Positions 50,068-62,835 of a stretch of 64,000 nt of DNA are shown one piece after another (position 1 is the first letter of the stretch; every line of letters starts with the position of its first letter). The stretch comes from Octopus sinensis. Its lineage: Eukaryota. Made by a program: the position numbers and the translations under genes. The notes under the pieces were generated by a model, which searched no databases, was not told the origin of the DNA, and worked only from the letters and a program-made list of their open reading frames with translations. The stretch is from positions 67,704,001-67,768,000 of the forward strand of contig NC_043010.1 of assembly GCF_006345805.1 (NCBI RefSeq), read 5' to 3'.

Positions 50068-50842
50068 CTTATGCTGGTGGCACGTAAAAAGCACCATTCG
50101 AGTGTGGTCGTTGCCGGTGCAGGCTGACTGGCTCCCATGATGATGGCATGTAAAAAACACCATTCGAGTGTGGTTGTTGCCAGTGCCGGCTGACTGGCTC
50201 CCATGATGATGGCATGTAAAAAACACCATTCGAGTGTGGTTGTTGCCAGTGCCGGCTGACTGGCTCCCATGATGATGGCATGTAAAAAACACCATTCGAG
50301 TGTGGTTGTTGCCAGTGCCGGCTGACTGGCTCCCATGATGATGGCATGTAAAAAACACCATTCGAGTGTGGTTGTTGCCAGTGCCGGCTGACTGGTCCTG
50401 TGCCAGTGGTACATAAAAAGTACCATTCATGTGTGGTCAATGCCAGTGCCGGCTGACTGGTCTTGTGCCAATGGCACATAGAAAGCACCATTTGAGCATG
50501 GTCAATGCCAGTGCCAGCTGACTGGTCCCATGCCAGTGGCATGTAAAAAGCACCATGGTTGTTGCTAGTGCCGCCTGACTGGCTCCTGTGCCGGTAGCAT
50601 GTAAAAAGGACCATTCGAGTGTGGTTGATGCCAGTGCTGGCTGACTGGCCCTCGTGCCGGTGGCACGTAAAAAGCACCCACTACACTCTGAGTTGTTGGT
50701 GTTGGGAAGGGCATCCTGCTGTAGAAACTTTGCCTGATCAGATTGGAGCCTGGTGCAGCCTTCTGACTCACCAGCCCTCAGTCAAACCGTCCAATCCATG
50801 CCTGCACGGAAAGCAGATGTTAAACGATGATGATGATGATGA
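50068..50842 (+). mobile_element. SINE family C with expanded 66-bp VNTR (about 9 units)
   Basis: cattcgagtg at 50095, 50161, 50227, 50293 and 50359; standard family C 3' end and GAT tail. Confidence 0.9.
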
Positions 50843-53665
50843 ATTTCAAGCTCAGAGCTCTCAAGAGGTCTATCAGGCTAATAATATTGATTGACCATAT
50901 TTTTCAGCAAACAGGTCAATGTAGTATAGAGTGTGACCCTTCATACATTGTTGCTATTTTTCCCAAATCCTGTTGCATTTCACATGGAATTTTTGGTCCT
51001 TTAAAGTTGTTTTCTTGTCCAAGTTGACCTACCTTTTTGGGGGGCTGTAAATTTTGATTTGGAAAACTTGTATACTAAAAAATACAGTAATAGAATATCT
51101 TTAAAGGGTTTGCCAGTCCTCAGTCAAATCGTCCAACCCATGCTAGCATGGAAAGCAGACGTTAATCGATGATGATGATGATGATAAAATAGAGGAAGGA
51201 TAGACTCTGAAGAGGGACTGACTTGGTTCAAATGCATGAAAAACCCTGTTCAAGAGAGGCCTTATGCCTGGGCTGAATGCATTTACTTTCTACCATGATA
51301 TTAACATAAGCAAGAGCAATTCATCATCATCATCATTTAACGTCCGTTTTCCATGCTGGCATGGGTTGGACGGTTTGAAAGGTGGTGAGCTGGCAGAAAC
51401 GTTAACATGCCAGGCGAAATGCTCAGTGGTATTTTGTCTGCCGTTACGTTCTGAGTTCAAATTCCGCCGAGGTCGACTTTGCCTTTCATCCTTTCAGGGT
51501 CGATAAATTAAGTACCAGTTACGCACTGGGGTCGATGTAATCGACTTAGTCCGTTTGTCTGTCCTTGTTTGTCCCCTCAATGTTTAGCCCCTTGTGGGTA
51601 ATAAAGAAATAAGTTTGATTGGGGACTGGAAAACCAGGAGGCCACACCAGGCTCCGATCTGATCTGGCAAGGTTTCTACAGCTGGATACCCTTCCTAACA
51701 TCAACCACTCCAAGAGTGTAGTGGGTGCTTTTTACATGCCACCGGCATGGGAGCAAGTCAGGCGGCACTGGTATCAGCCATGTTCGGATGGTGCTTTTTA
51801 TGTGCTACTGGGGCACAGTAGCCAGTGGGGGCTGGCATTGACCACATTCAAATGGTGCTTTTTATGTGCCACCAGCTCGGGAAGCCAGTCAGATGGCACT
51901 GGCAATGACCCACACATGAATGGTGCTTATTACATGCCACCAGCACAAGAGCCAGTCAGGCTGCACTTGTATAGGTCACAACTACAATTTCCAGTTTTGA
52001 TTGTGATTTGAATTTTTATTTTACTTGTCTCAATAGGTCTCTCCAAGCATGACGTGTTGTCTGACAATTCAAATTGTTTACGTTAAGTCATTCACTTCTT
52101 CTAACCTCACCCTAAGTACTTTCTCTTGTCCTTATTCCTTAGAAAGCATAAGAGAAAAGGCCAGAGCAGAACAAGTTTCAAGCTGTAGAGGAGCTGCATG
52201 ACTACTCACTTGCTCAAACTGCTAGAAATAATAGTTAAATCTCATAACGTCTTTATAAAATGGGGAAGAGACATTGAATAAATACTGTCTCAGGTGTACT
52301 ATGCCTGAGAAAGAAGGCAATGATCACATCTTGACTGTCTTTTATCAAATGTTTTGCAATCAGTATTGCTCTATTTTATCTTCAACTATCAACTTGCAAA
52401 CACTTAATTCTGTCATATCAATGCCTTTCAATGTCACCAGTCTAGGAGAACTCTGGACATTGCTACCCTTTCTTGAAACTAATTCATTTAAAAAAAAAAA
52501 AAAAAAAAGAACAGCAATAATAAAATACCTTAGATCATCATCATCGTCATCGTTTAACGTCCGCTTTCCATGCTAGCATGGGTTGGACGATTTGACTGGG
52601 GACTGGCAAACCAGATGGCTGCACCAGGCCCCAATCTTGATCTAGCAGAGTTTCTACAGATGGATGCCCTTCCTAATGCCAACCACTCCGAGAGTGTAGT
52701 GGGTGCCTTTTAAAGTGCCACCGGCACGAGGGCCAGTCTGGCAGTACCGGCAGCGGCCACACTCGAAAATGGGTGTTTTTTACGTGCCACCTGCTCAGGA
52801 GTCAGTCCAGCAGCACTGGCAATGACCTCGCTCGAATGTATTGTTCACCCCAGTAAATAACTGGTACTTATTTCATCGACCCCGAAAAGATGAAAGGCAA
52901 AGTCGACCTTGGCGGAATTTGAACTCAGAACATAATGGCTGACGAAAAACCGCTAAGCATTTCGCCCAGCGTGCTAGCGATTCTGCCAGCTCTCCATTCC
53001 ATTTGTTAAATTGCTGCATTTTTTTTCAATAAATCATCATCATTCATTGTTTTGCTGTCCATTTTTCCATGGTTGCATGGGTCAGATGCAGTTTATTGTG
53101 GCAGATTTTTTTATGCTTAGATACCCTTCCTGTCACATGTTTCCAAAGCAATAGGAGTGGCTATGTGGTAAGTAGCTTGCTAACCAACCACATGGTTCCG
53201 GGTTCAGCCCCACTGCATGGCATCTTGGGCAAGTGTCTTCTGCTATAGCCCTGGGTCGACCAATGCCTTGTGAGTGGATTTGGTAGACGGAAACTGAGAG
53301 AAGCCTGTCGTATATATGTATATATATATATATGTGTGTTTGTGTGTCTGTGTTTGTCCCCCTAGCATTGAATGACAACCGATGCTGGTGTGTTTATGAC
53401 CCCGTCACTTAGCGGTTCGGCAAAAGAGACCGATAGAATAAGTACTGGGCTTACAAAGAATAAGTCCCGGGGTTGATTTGCTCGACTAAAGGCGGTGCTC
53501 CAGCATGGCCGCAGTCAAATGACTGAAACAAGTAAAAGAGTAAAGTGTATCACCAGACAAGTTTTTTAAAAATACTGCAAATGAGTAACATTCATTTACA
53601 ACAGTCATACAGTGTTAAGGCAAGAGACACAAAGATACACACATACATACAAATATATGTGTATG

Positions 53666-53709
<44 letters not shown>

Positions 53710-54142
53710 ATATTCTTTTACTTGTTTCACTCATTTCATTGCGACCATGCTGGAGCACCACTTTTAGTTGAACAAATCGACCCCAGGACTTATTCTTTGT
53801 TAGCCAAGTATTTATTCTATCAGTCCGTTTTGCTGAACCGCTAAATTACGGGGACATAAACACACCAGCATTGGTTGTCAAGCGATGTTGGAAGGACAAA
53901 CACACACACAAACACGACGGGCTTCTTTTCAGTTTCTGTCTACCAAATCCACTCACAAGGCTTTGGTCGGCCCAAGGCCATAGTAGAAGACACTTGCCCA
54001 AGGTGCCATGCAGTGAGATTGAACCTAGAACCATGTGGTTGGTAAGCAAGCTATTTACCACACAGCTACTTCTGCGCCTATACATATACATGTATATATA
54101 TATGAGGTAGAATAAGAAATAGAAAGTCCTTCGTACAATATT

Positions 54143-54268
54143 ATATTTGAAAAAAAAAATGAATAGAATGGCTTTTCTGATAATTTTTCCACTTTAATAA
54201 CGTCTAATTGTTAAAGTGGAAAAATGATCAGAAAATTCATTTCTATTCATCTTTTTTTTTTCAAATAT
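54143..54268. repeat. Imperfect 126-nt inverted repeat
   Basis: Arms atatttgaaaaaaaaaatgaatagaa..tttttccactttaa and reverse complement. Confidence 0.8.
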
Positions 54269-54476
54269 GTATGTGTGTGTGTATAATGTATATATATAGA
54301 GAGAGGTGGGCAATAATGTGGATAAGCAAATTAAATATAACAGCTTGGGTTTGATAGACAAAATGTGTATATGTGAGAAAGAGACATCAGTCTAAGCTTG
54401 AATCATTAGAGTGCTACTAAGTGTTTTCTATACTTAGAATCTCTGGATCTCATCTGTTGACTATATATGTATATAT

Positions 54477-54603
54477 ATCTGTAAATATAATATGTGACAA
54501 TTATTCAGTAGCCATGATAAAACTCCAAGTTTCCGGTCCAACATCTGAAACTCAGAGTTTTATTATGGCTACTGAATAATTGTCACATATTATATTTACA
54601 GAT
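54477..54603. repeat. Near-perfect 127-nt inverted repeat
   Basis: Arms atctgtaaatataatatgtgacaattattcagtagccat(g/a)ataaaactc and reverse complement. Confidence 0.9.
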
Positions 54604-54929
54604 AAATTCTTCTATTTACATAATATTGAGGTCTTTTTCATTTTTTTGTAGTCTTACCATTTCTATCAATATATATACATACTACACACACACATACTGG
54701 TATCTTTGTTTCCATCTACTAAATCCACCACAATGCTTTGGTCGGCCCAAGGCCATAGTTGAAGACACTTGCCCCAACTGCCATACAGTGAAACTGAACC
54801 CAGAACCATGTGATTGAGAAGTAAACTGATCACCTAATTGTATGTTAATTTTCCTCTTTAACACAGCACAATGCTCTCTTTGTTCTTATTTTTACCAAAA
54901 TGTTACTAATTCTTCGTTATTCTTCACAG

Positions 54930-55056
54930 CTCCCTCAACTATCTCCGTCATTTTGGATCCTGTTCAAAAAGTTCTACCGATGACCTTAAGAATTATATCC
55001 GTCAGTTAACGACTCATCAAAATTTTATATGGTTTGCTCTCATGAATCTCATCCAG
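54930..55056 (+). CDS. MFSD13A: MFSD13A coding exon 2 (127 nt)
   Basis: Acceptor tcttcacag|C completes AGC; encodes ..NYIRQLTTHQNFIWFALMNLIQ; donor CAG|gtaagg. Confidence 0.92.
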
Positions 55057-55448
55057 GTAAGGAGAAGACACCTATGCAGCTACAGTGTGTGTGTGTAAAC
55101 CTTCAGAATATTGTAATACTTATGTTTACCAACCGCAACTATAAATACATTTATCCAGCAATATTTTCTGTCACTGGACACCAGTATGGCCTGCCAATCA
55201 TAATGCTTTTCTTCTGAACTGTTGGATTATTTTCTGTTGTATATTTGATAGGGGGAACCTTTCCCAAAATATAATGAAGGTATTAAACAAACTAAGTTTT
55301 GCATTGCTTAAAGATTTTTTCAAAAAAATATATTTCGGGTTTCCATGACATTAAGTAAACAAGATTCAAATCTCTCTCTCTCTCTCTGAAATTAGTCCAT
55401 CATAGATAACTTTTCCTTAGAGAGGAATTACACACAAGACACTGAATT

Positions 55449-55890
55449 CATCATCATCGTTTAACGTCCGTTTTCCGTGCTAGCACGGGTTGGACGGTTT
55501 GACCGGGGTCTGCACCAGGCTCCAGTCTGATCTGGCAGTGTTTCTACAGCTGGATGCCCTTCCTAACGCCAACCACTCCATGAGTGTAGTGGGTGCTTTT
55601 TACGTGCCACCGGCACAGGTGCCAGGGGAGTCTGGCAGCGGCCACGATCGGTTGGTGCTTTTAACGTGCCACCAGCACGGAAGCCAGCCAAGGCGGTGCT
55701 GGCATCGGCCACATTCGGATGGTGCTTTTTACGTGTCACTGGCACTGAAGCCAGTCGAGGCGGCACTGGCATCGGCCACGTTCGGATGGTGCTTTTTACG
55801 TGCCACCATCACAGGTATCACAACTACTATTTCCATTGATATTTATTTCGATGTTTATGTACTTGACTCAATAGGTCTCCTCAAGCACAG
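55449..55890 (-). mobile_element. SINE family C copy
   Basis: CAT tail on the + strand, GGATGCCCTTCCTAACGCCAAC block. Confidence 0.85.
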
Positions 55891-56152
55891 CGGGATGTTC
55901 TGAAATCCAAGGTACCTCGAATGGGCAGGGGCTATGCGGAACTGGTGCAGTTGTCAATTTTTGCTCCTGCTGCATTCAGCAGACTTTTAGGATTTGAAAG
56001 CTATTTTGGAGCCAGTAAACAATGGCCACCATCTACCAATGCTTACCAAATCCATAACTGACGAACCAGTATTATCATAAATGTGAGATAAACCCCTCTT
56101 AGCATAGTTTTGATCTCTGCTCCCTTAATCCTCTTCTTTATCTCTTTTACAG

Positions 56153-56246
56153 GTCTTCCATTGTCATTTCAACAGCAACTTCTTTCCATTATTCTTGGAT
56201 GTCATACTGGGAAAAAACGGCAATTCACTCGGAGCTCTGCTACTTG
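56153..56246 (+). CDS. MFSD13A: MFSD13A coding exon 3 (94 nt)
   Basis: Acceptor ttttacag|; encodes [31 protein letters not shown] plus G; donor |gtatgt, phase 1. Confidence 0.95.
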
Positions 56247-56399
56247 GTATGTCTGTAACCACAGTCTTTTTTTTATTCTGACAAAAAACTGAAAATCTTT
56301 GAATGTCTTCACCCTGTTTTACTGTCTTCCTGGTATTGCAGGAATAGCATAAATGTGATCTCTACCAGATTCCTGTTAAAGTGCTAGAGCCCCATGTTA

Positions 56400-56730
56400 A
56401 TAGGGTATTAAGAGCACCATCCGAGTGTGATCGTTGCCAGAGCGGCTATCTGGCCTTCGTGCCGGTGGCACGTAAAAAACACCATTCAAATGTGATCGTT
56501 TCCAGCATTGTCTTACTGGCACCCGCACCGGTGGCATGTGTAAAAGATTCGAGCACATATAAGCACCCACTACACTCTCGGAGTGGTTGGCGTTAGGAAG
56601 GGCATCCAGCTGTAGAAACTCTGCCAGATCAAGATTGAAGCCTGGTGCAGCCATCTGGTTCGCCGGCCCTCAGTCACACGTCCAACCCATGCTAGCATGA
56701 AAAGCGGACGTTAAACGATGATGATGATGA
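56400..56730 (+). mobile_element. SINE family C copy
   Basis: GGTTGGCGTTAGGAAGGGCATCC block, GAT tail. Confidence 0.85.
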
Positions 56731-56925
56731 ACAACACACGAAGACAAAGAAGATAAAGTACTAAAACTAGATGACTGATCATGTTGCAGCTTTGTAGTCA
56801 AAATGTATTTGGGACTCATTGTTAATAACCCCCGCCAGAGCTGTAGTTTATTTTTGTCTTTAATTGAAAAAGAAAAAATGGATTTTTGTTAAGAAACAAG
56901 TGTGTAATGAACCCAGCACATCATC

Positions 56926-57185
56926 TTTCTTCTTCTTCTTGAGACAGCATTCACCCGGGGTGGGTTGAGCTGGCTTCATTCATCCTCAATGCTGCATCTC
57001 TCACAAACTCCGACCAGACCTGGCGATTTGAGGCTAACGACCGCATGATCTCCAACCACTCCTTATTCCAGCGGCGAACACTGTAGATACGGGGGCCTAG
57101 GTTGAGTTCCAGATCAGCCTTGACTGTCATCAGCCAGGTTTTTCGTTGTCCACCACATCGCTTTTGCCAACCCTGAAGGGGAGCT
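56926..57185 (-). mobile_element. RTE-clade LINE extreme 3' end
   Basis: GWQKRCGGQRKTWLMTVKADLE..LASNRQVWSEFVRDA..STHPG then stop, followed by an (AAG)n tail. Confidence 0.75.
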
Positions 57186-57610
57186 GGGGCAATTGCTTCG
57201 TCTGGTAAATAAGCAAGGCTGAAACCCTTTGCAATTGAGGAAATTACTGATGTTTCTTCTTCAGGCAAAGACTTTACCCTTATGTAGACAATGACAGTGA
57301 TTTTGGACAATCAAACTGGCAAAAATAGGGAGGAAAGTTGCAATTCAAGCGAACACATATGGTCGTTGAGAGATAGGTCTATCATTGTTATTCTCCTGAA
57401 TATTTTTTGTAACTCTGCCCACTAGTTTGCCTGCAATTGTTAATCTTGAGCTATGTAGGGAATTACTTATGTTTATGCTCAGGGGCCTAGGTCTGAAAGC
57501 GTTAATGAATTTAATTGGGGTATTTTAACTCGGATATTTATGCATGCTCTGACAGCAGATCTAGGGGTTCTGTTATATTTCTCTTGTTTTTTTTTTGTTT
57601 TTTGTTTTAT

Positions 57611-57975
57611 GGCACTCTGTCAGTTACGATGACGAGTGTTCCAGTTGATCCGATCAACAGAACAGCCTGCTCGTGAAATTAACGTGCAAGTGGCTGAGCA
57701 CTCCACAGACACGTGTACCCTTAACGTAGTTCTCAGGGAGATTCAGCATGACACAGAGTGTGACAAGGCTGGCCCTTTGAATTACAGGCACAACAGAAAC
57801 AGGAAGAAACAGTGTGAGAGAGTACAGCAGGGTTCAACACCACCCCCTGCCGGAGCCTTGTGGAACTTTAGGTGTTTTTGCTCAATAAACACTCACAATG
57901 CCCGGTCTGGGAATCGAAACTGCGATCCTATGACCACGAGTCAGCTGTCCTAACCACTGGGCCATTGTGCCTCCA
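57611..57975 (-). mobile_element. tRNA-headed SINE (head as at 12625, 3' part as at 5237)
   Basis: A and B boxes; mosaic of modules seen in other copies. Confidence 0.8.
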
Positions 57976-58667
57976 CTTCTCTTGTTTACTTACAAAGAAC
58001 AGAGTAATAATTCAGACAGGTGTGTTGTCTGTGGTTCAATATACTTCTCTCGTTTACTCGCAAAGAAGAAAACTCAGTGGTACTCCAGGCAGGTGAGAAG
58101 TCTGTTTATTCCAACTGAAAAACACAAGACTGTAATAATAACATAAACCAAAAATCAAGACACCTTGTGAATGTTCTCACGAGTTCCAGAACTTTGAATT
58201 CTATTGGCTGGTGATCTCCACAACAGGTTCACCAAGAGCAAGAAGGCTGGGTAATTATCCATAGACAGAAACTGAAAGAAGCCCATTGTGTCTACATACA
58301 TATATATAAATGTTTTGCTGTGTCTTGAGAAAATGATTACTTCAATAACAACAACACATGCACAGGTTCAATTCCACTTCTTTACTGTTAGTTGGGACCA
58401 TCAAGGATGGAGAGTCAGGACTGCCATTGATGGAAAGCTCTGGTGGACCTGGTCAGCTCTGTGCATGACGATGTCTCTGGAACCATTAACTTTATTGTGG
58501 GGATCAGTAAATATCAAATTAGAAATAATTAGATATTTGATGACTAAGAGGAACATATTAGTTAATGACTAATAGTATTTCAATTACTTCACAAAGTATG
58601 GGCAACAACTCTGGACATGTTTCTTTTTTACTGTGACCTCATCAGCAAATTCTAGTTTGTTTGTTTT

Positions 58668-59268
58668 TACCTCTGCCAAAGGAGGTTATGTTTTCATCGG
58701 TGTTGGTGTGTCCATCTGTGTGCAAAATAACTTAAAAAGATGTGAATGGTATTTGATGAAACTTGCAGGAAAAGTTGGTAATGACACAAGGTACAGATGA
58801 TGAAATTTTGGTAGTTATCTGGGAATTTTTATGGATTCTTGAAGGATTTTTCATTTGTTATATCTACTTTACATGAAGTATTACAATGTTACGTTCTTTG
58901 ATTATCTCCCTTGAAAATATGTTCATCATTTCCTCATAACCTATGGTGGCATTGCTGTTTCCAAAGTTTATTTTCGTTTCTCTATTCGTAATTTTACTTG
59001 CGGATCTATCTTAACATTCAAGTTTTAGGTAATTGTTGTTTCCTTTTAGTTGTATGGTGAAACTAGCTTGCTGTTGTCATTGAAGTATTATAACTGCTTC
59101 AGATGATTCCTGTTTTTAAAGGGTTTTTTTTTAAAAATCATATGACTGTGTTATTTTTTTTAACCCCCACCAAGGAGGTTATGCTTTTGCCGGCGTTGGT
59201 TTGGGAAATTGGGCGATTTTCAGCATGTGTGTATACAGGTGGAAATGAGCTGCTTGGCGGAGGTCTGG
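58668..59268 (+). mobile_element. Helentron/DINE-like non-autonomous elements
   Basis: TTACCTCTGCCAAAGGAGGTTATGTTTT start (again near 59160) and CTTGGCGGAGGTCTG..CTCTCCGAGTGCTTTT end. Confidence 0.55.
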
Positions 59269-59352
59269 CTCTCCGAGTGCTTTTCTAGTTTTTCTTCTCA
59301 GTTGTTGCTTCCAGTGCTTCCTCCAACCATTAATGTTTTGTTTCTTTTCCAG

Positions 59353-59524
59353 GGGTCTCTTTCGTGTTCCCACACATCAACAACCTCTACTTTTTGTCCC
59401 TTTGCCGACGGCACGGAGTCTATAGAGTGGTTCTCCTTATGTTTGTTATGAAATTTCTATTGACCCTAACAATGTGTGGCATTGGTTCCAATTGTATCTG
59501 GGCCATCTGTATCTATATTGCAAG
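59353..59524 (+). CDS. MFSD13A: MFSD13A coding exon 4 (172 nt)
   Basis: Acceptor ttttccag|; encodes GVSFVFPHINNLYFLSLCRRHGVYRVV..CIYIA plus AG; donor |gtaagt. Confidence 0.95.
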
Positions 59525-60946
59525 GTAAGTTCTTCTCACCATCTCTCCCTCTCTCTTTTGTATACATCTGCTCATCATCGTTATATTTACATACACTTCT
59601 TCATGGAAATTCTTTAGCATAGTGTCTCACCGTTTATTATTTGCCATTTCCTTTGTGAGATTCTATCCCTTGAGACCAACTTTCCCTTCTCCTCACATTT
59701 TTGTCTCCTTCTTCTGCTTAACTTTCCATTTCAATGGCTTTGCACATTTTTACCCAAGTGTCATCCTCTGTACACACCACATGCTTATAGCACTGCAGTA
59801 CGCTAGCGTAGCTGGAATGTTGCTGCCCAGGTTGGCCCTTCCATCTTCCATTCTTGGCCCCCACAAAAAACACACATTGCCTACAGCAGACCCAAAAGTG
59901 GTGCCTCTTTAACAGTGTTGCCTGGGGTGGACAGACCCTACTGCCCCCTCCCCAGCTACACTAGTGCTGCAGTACCCTGTCGTACAAATTACATCCTTTT
60001 AGCATTTAAACCAGTGATATCCAGCCCAAATAATCTTCCTGTTTTATGTTGAAACTGACCAGATCCTGCCTCTCACACCTACCCAACAATGTCATCCTAA
60101 AACTAAATTTCCACATCAAGCAAATTTCAAAGCTATGAGGTCATGCATGATTGATTTAAAACAATGTGAATAAATAAGGATTACATTTGACAGAGTAATC
60201 TGAATGCCAAAAGGGCTAAATGAGAACAAGTTTTTTATATCATCAGGAAAGTGGGGGAGATCTAAGCATGTAAAAATAAACATATTGGGTGCAGGAGTGG
60301 CTGTGTGGTAAGTAGCTTGCTTCCCAACCACATGGTTCCGGGTTCAGTCCCACTGCGTGGTACCTTAGGCAAGTGTCTTTTATTATAGCCACGAGCCGAC
60401 CAAAGCTTTGTGAGTGGATTTGGTAGATGGAAACTGAAAGAAGCCCATCATATATATGTGTGTGTGTTTGTATGTCTGTGTTTGTCCCCCGTACATTGCT
60501 TGACAACCGATGCTGGTGTGTTTATGTCCCTGTAACTTAGCGGTTTGGCAAAAAGTGACCAATAGAATAAGTACAAGGCTTACAAAGAATAAGTCCTGGG
60601 GTCGATTTGCCCGACTAAAGGCGGTGCTCCAGCATGGCTGCAGTCAAATGACTGAAATAAGTAAAAGAAAGAGTAGAGATATTGCTCATATGAATTAGAA
60701 AAAGGAACTTTGAGTATTAATCCTGTAGTATTTAAAACCCATATAGTCTCCCTGTTTTATGTTCAAACTGGCCATTTCCAGCCTCTTACACCTACCCTAC
60801 AATGTCATTCTAACACTAAGCAATCACATCCTTGAAATCTCAAAGATAATTCATGATTAATTCAAAACACTATGAATAAATAAGCATTACATTTCACTAA
60901 GCAATCCGAATGCTAAAGGGGTTTTAATGTATCCTTAATATTTCAG

Positions 60947-61140
60947 CAACCGTGTCTTCACAGAAGGGACCTGTAAGCTCCTCAACCTCGTCGTCAGCGA
61001 TCTGGTCGATGAAGACTGTGTCATACACAGCAGGCATCAACCGGTGTCGGCCCTGATCTTTGGAACTGTGGCCCTTCTATCAAAACCAGGTCAGACACTG
61101 GCACCCCTCCTGGGGACATGGATGTTAAGCTGGCAGACAG
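60947..61140 (+). CDS. MFSD13A: MFSD13A coding exon 5 (194 nt)
   Basis: Acceptor atttcag|; encodes [39 protein letters not shown] plus G; donor |gtcagt. Confidence 0.95.
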
Positions 61141-62277
61141 GTCAGTGATAATCTCCTTTCTTTTTTTTACCATTCTCTTTTCTTTTGCTTTCTCTTAAAA
61201 AAAACTTTTGGTGCCAAATTAATTACAGTTCAATCAGTCTTTCTGTTATCTTTTAGTTCTTTCAGTCATTGGGTTGCAGCCATACTGGAGCAATGCCTCG
61301 AAGGCTTTTACTTAAACAAATCGATCCCAGTACTTATTCTGTCAGGGCGGCGAGCTGGCAGAAACATTAGCACGCCGGGCAAAATGTGTAGCCGTATTTC
61401 GTCTGCCATTACGTTCTGAGTTCAAATTCCGCCGAGGTCGACTTTGCCTTTCATCCTATCGGGGTCGATAAATTAAGTACCAGTTACACACTGGGGTCGA
61501 TATAATCGGCTTAATCGGTTTGTCTGTCCTTGTTTGTCCTCTCTGTGTTTAGCCCCTTGTGGGTAGTAAAGAAATAAGTACTTATTCTGTCAATCTCTTT
61601 TGCTGAACTGCTAAGTTAACCCTTTCATTACCAACCCGGCTGAAACTGGCTGAAACAAGAATTGAATCACTGTCCGGCTATGATGAAAAGACATGTGTCC
61701 AAGATGCCATGCAGTGGGATAGAACCCAGGACATCGTGACTGCAAAGCAAACTTCTTAACGATTCAGCCATGCTTGCATCCACGAAGGAAGTGATGTACT
61801 GGCATAGCTGTGTGGTAAAAAGTTTTCTTCCCACCCACATGGTTCTGGGTTCAGTCCCACTGTGTGGCACCAAGGGTATGTGTCTTTTACTACAGCCTTG
61901 AGCCAACTAAAACCTTGTGAGCAGATTTAAGTTAGTTTTCTACTTGAGTCATGTTAACTTATAAGGGCCGGTTTCCCGGTTTTCATAGCGTATATATATT
62001 CTCCACCAGTTCCTCACAGGTTTACTCATTTTTGCCAGCTGAGTGGACAGGAGCAACATGAAATGAAGTGTTTTGCTCAAGAACACGGGTCACCCAGTCC
62101 AGGAATTGAAACTGCAATCTTACAATCATGAGTCCAACACTCATAAGCCACACACTTCCACTGTGAGTGGATTTGGTAGATGGAAACAGAAAGAAGCCCA
62201 TCATGTATGTATGTGTGTGTGTGTGTGCATGTGTATCTTCCATGTGTGTTTGTTCCCCCTCCCACTTGACAACTGGT

Positions 62278-62700
62278 GTTTGTGTTTTTACATCCCCTTA
62301 GCTTAGCGGTTCAGTGAAAGAGACTGACAGAATCAGTTACTAAGCATAAAAAATAAATATTATGGTCAATTGGTTCAACTATAATCCTTCAAGGTGGTGC
62401 CCCAGCATGGCCACAGTCTATTCAAAGTTTGTGTATTTACATCCCGTTAGCTTAGCGGTTCAGTGAAAGAGACTGACAGAATCTGTTACCAAGCATAAAA
62501 AATAAATATTATGGTCAATTGGTTCAACTATAATCCTTCAAGGTGGTGCCCCAGCATGGCCACAGTCTATTTAAAGTTTGTGTATTTACATCCCATTAGC
62601 TTAGCGGTTCAGTGAAAGAGACTGACAGAATCTGTTACCAAGCATAAAAAATAAATATTATGGTCAACTGGTTCAAGGCTGTGCCCCAGCATGGCCACAG
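62278..62700 (+). repeat. 149-bp tandem triplication of a SINE A 3' half
   Basis: gtttgtg starts at 62278, 62427 and 62576. Confidence 0.9.
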
Positions 62701-62835
62701 AAACAACTGAAAAACACAAGATCTTAAACATTTATCACAGCAAATATGGTCCTTCTCCACTCTTTTTCCTTCACCGAAGGAATGTTGGAGAACAGATGTT
62801 CTAAATAGTTTCTTTTGCTTTCTCTCTTTTTGCAG

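Noticed and set aside
50095-50400. 66-bp unit as an HDV-like ribozyme
   Set aside because: P1- and P3-like pairings exist, but I could not place P4, the catalytic C joiner and P2 consistently.
50014-50677. ORFs with 22-aa repeats
   Set aside because: Product of the 66-bp SINE VNTR; open in several frames.
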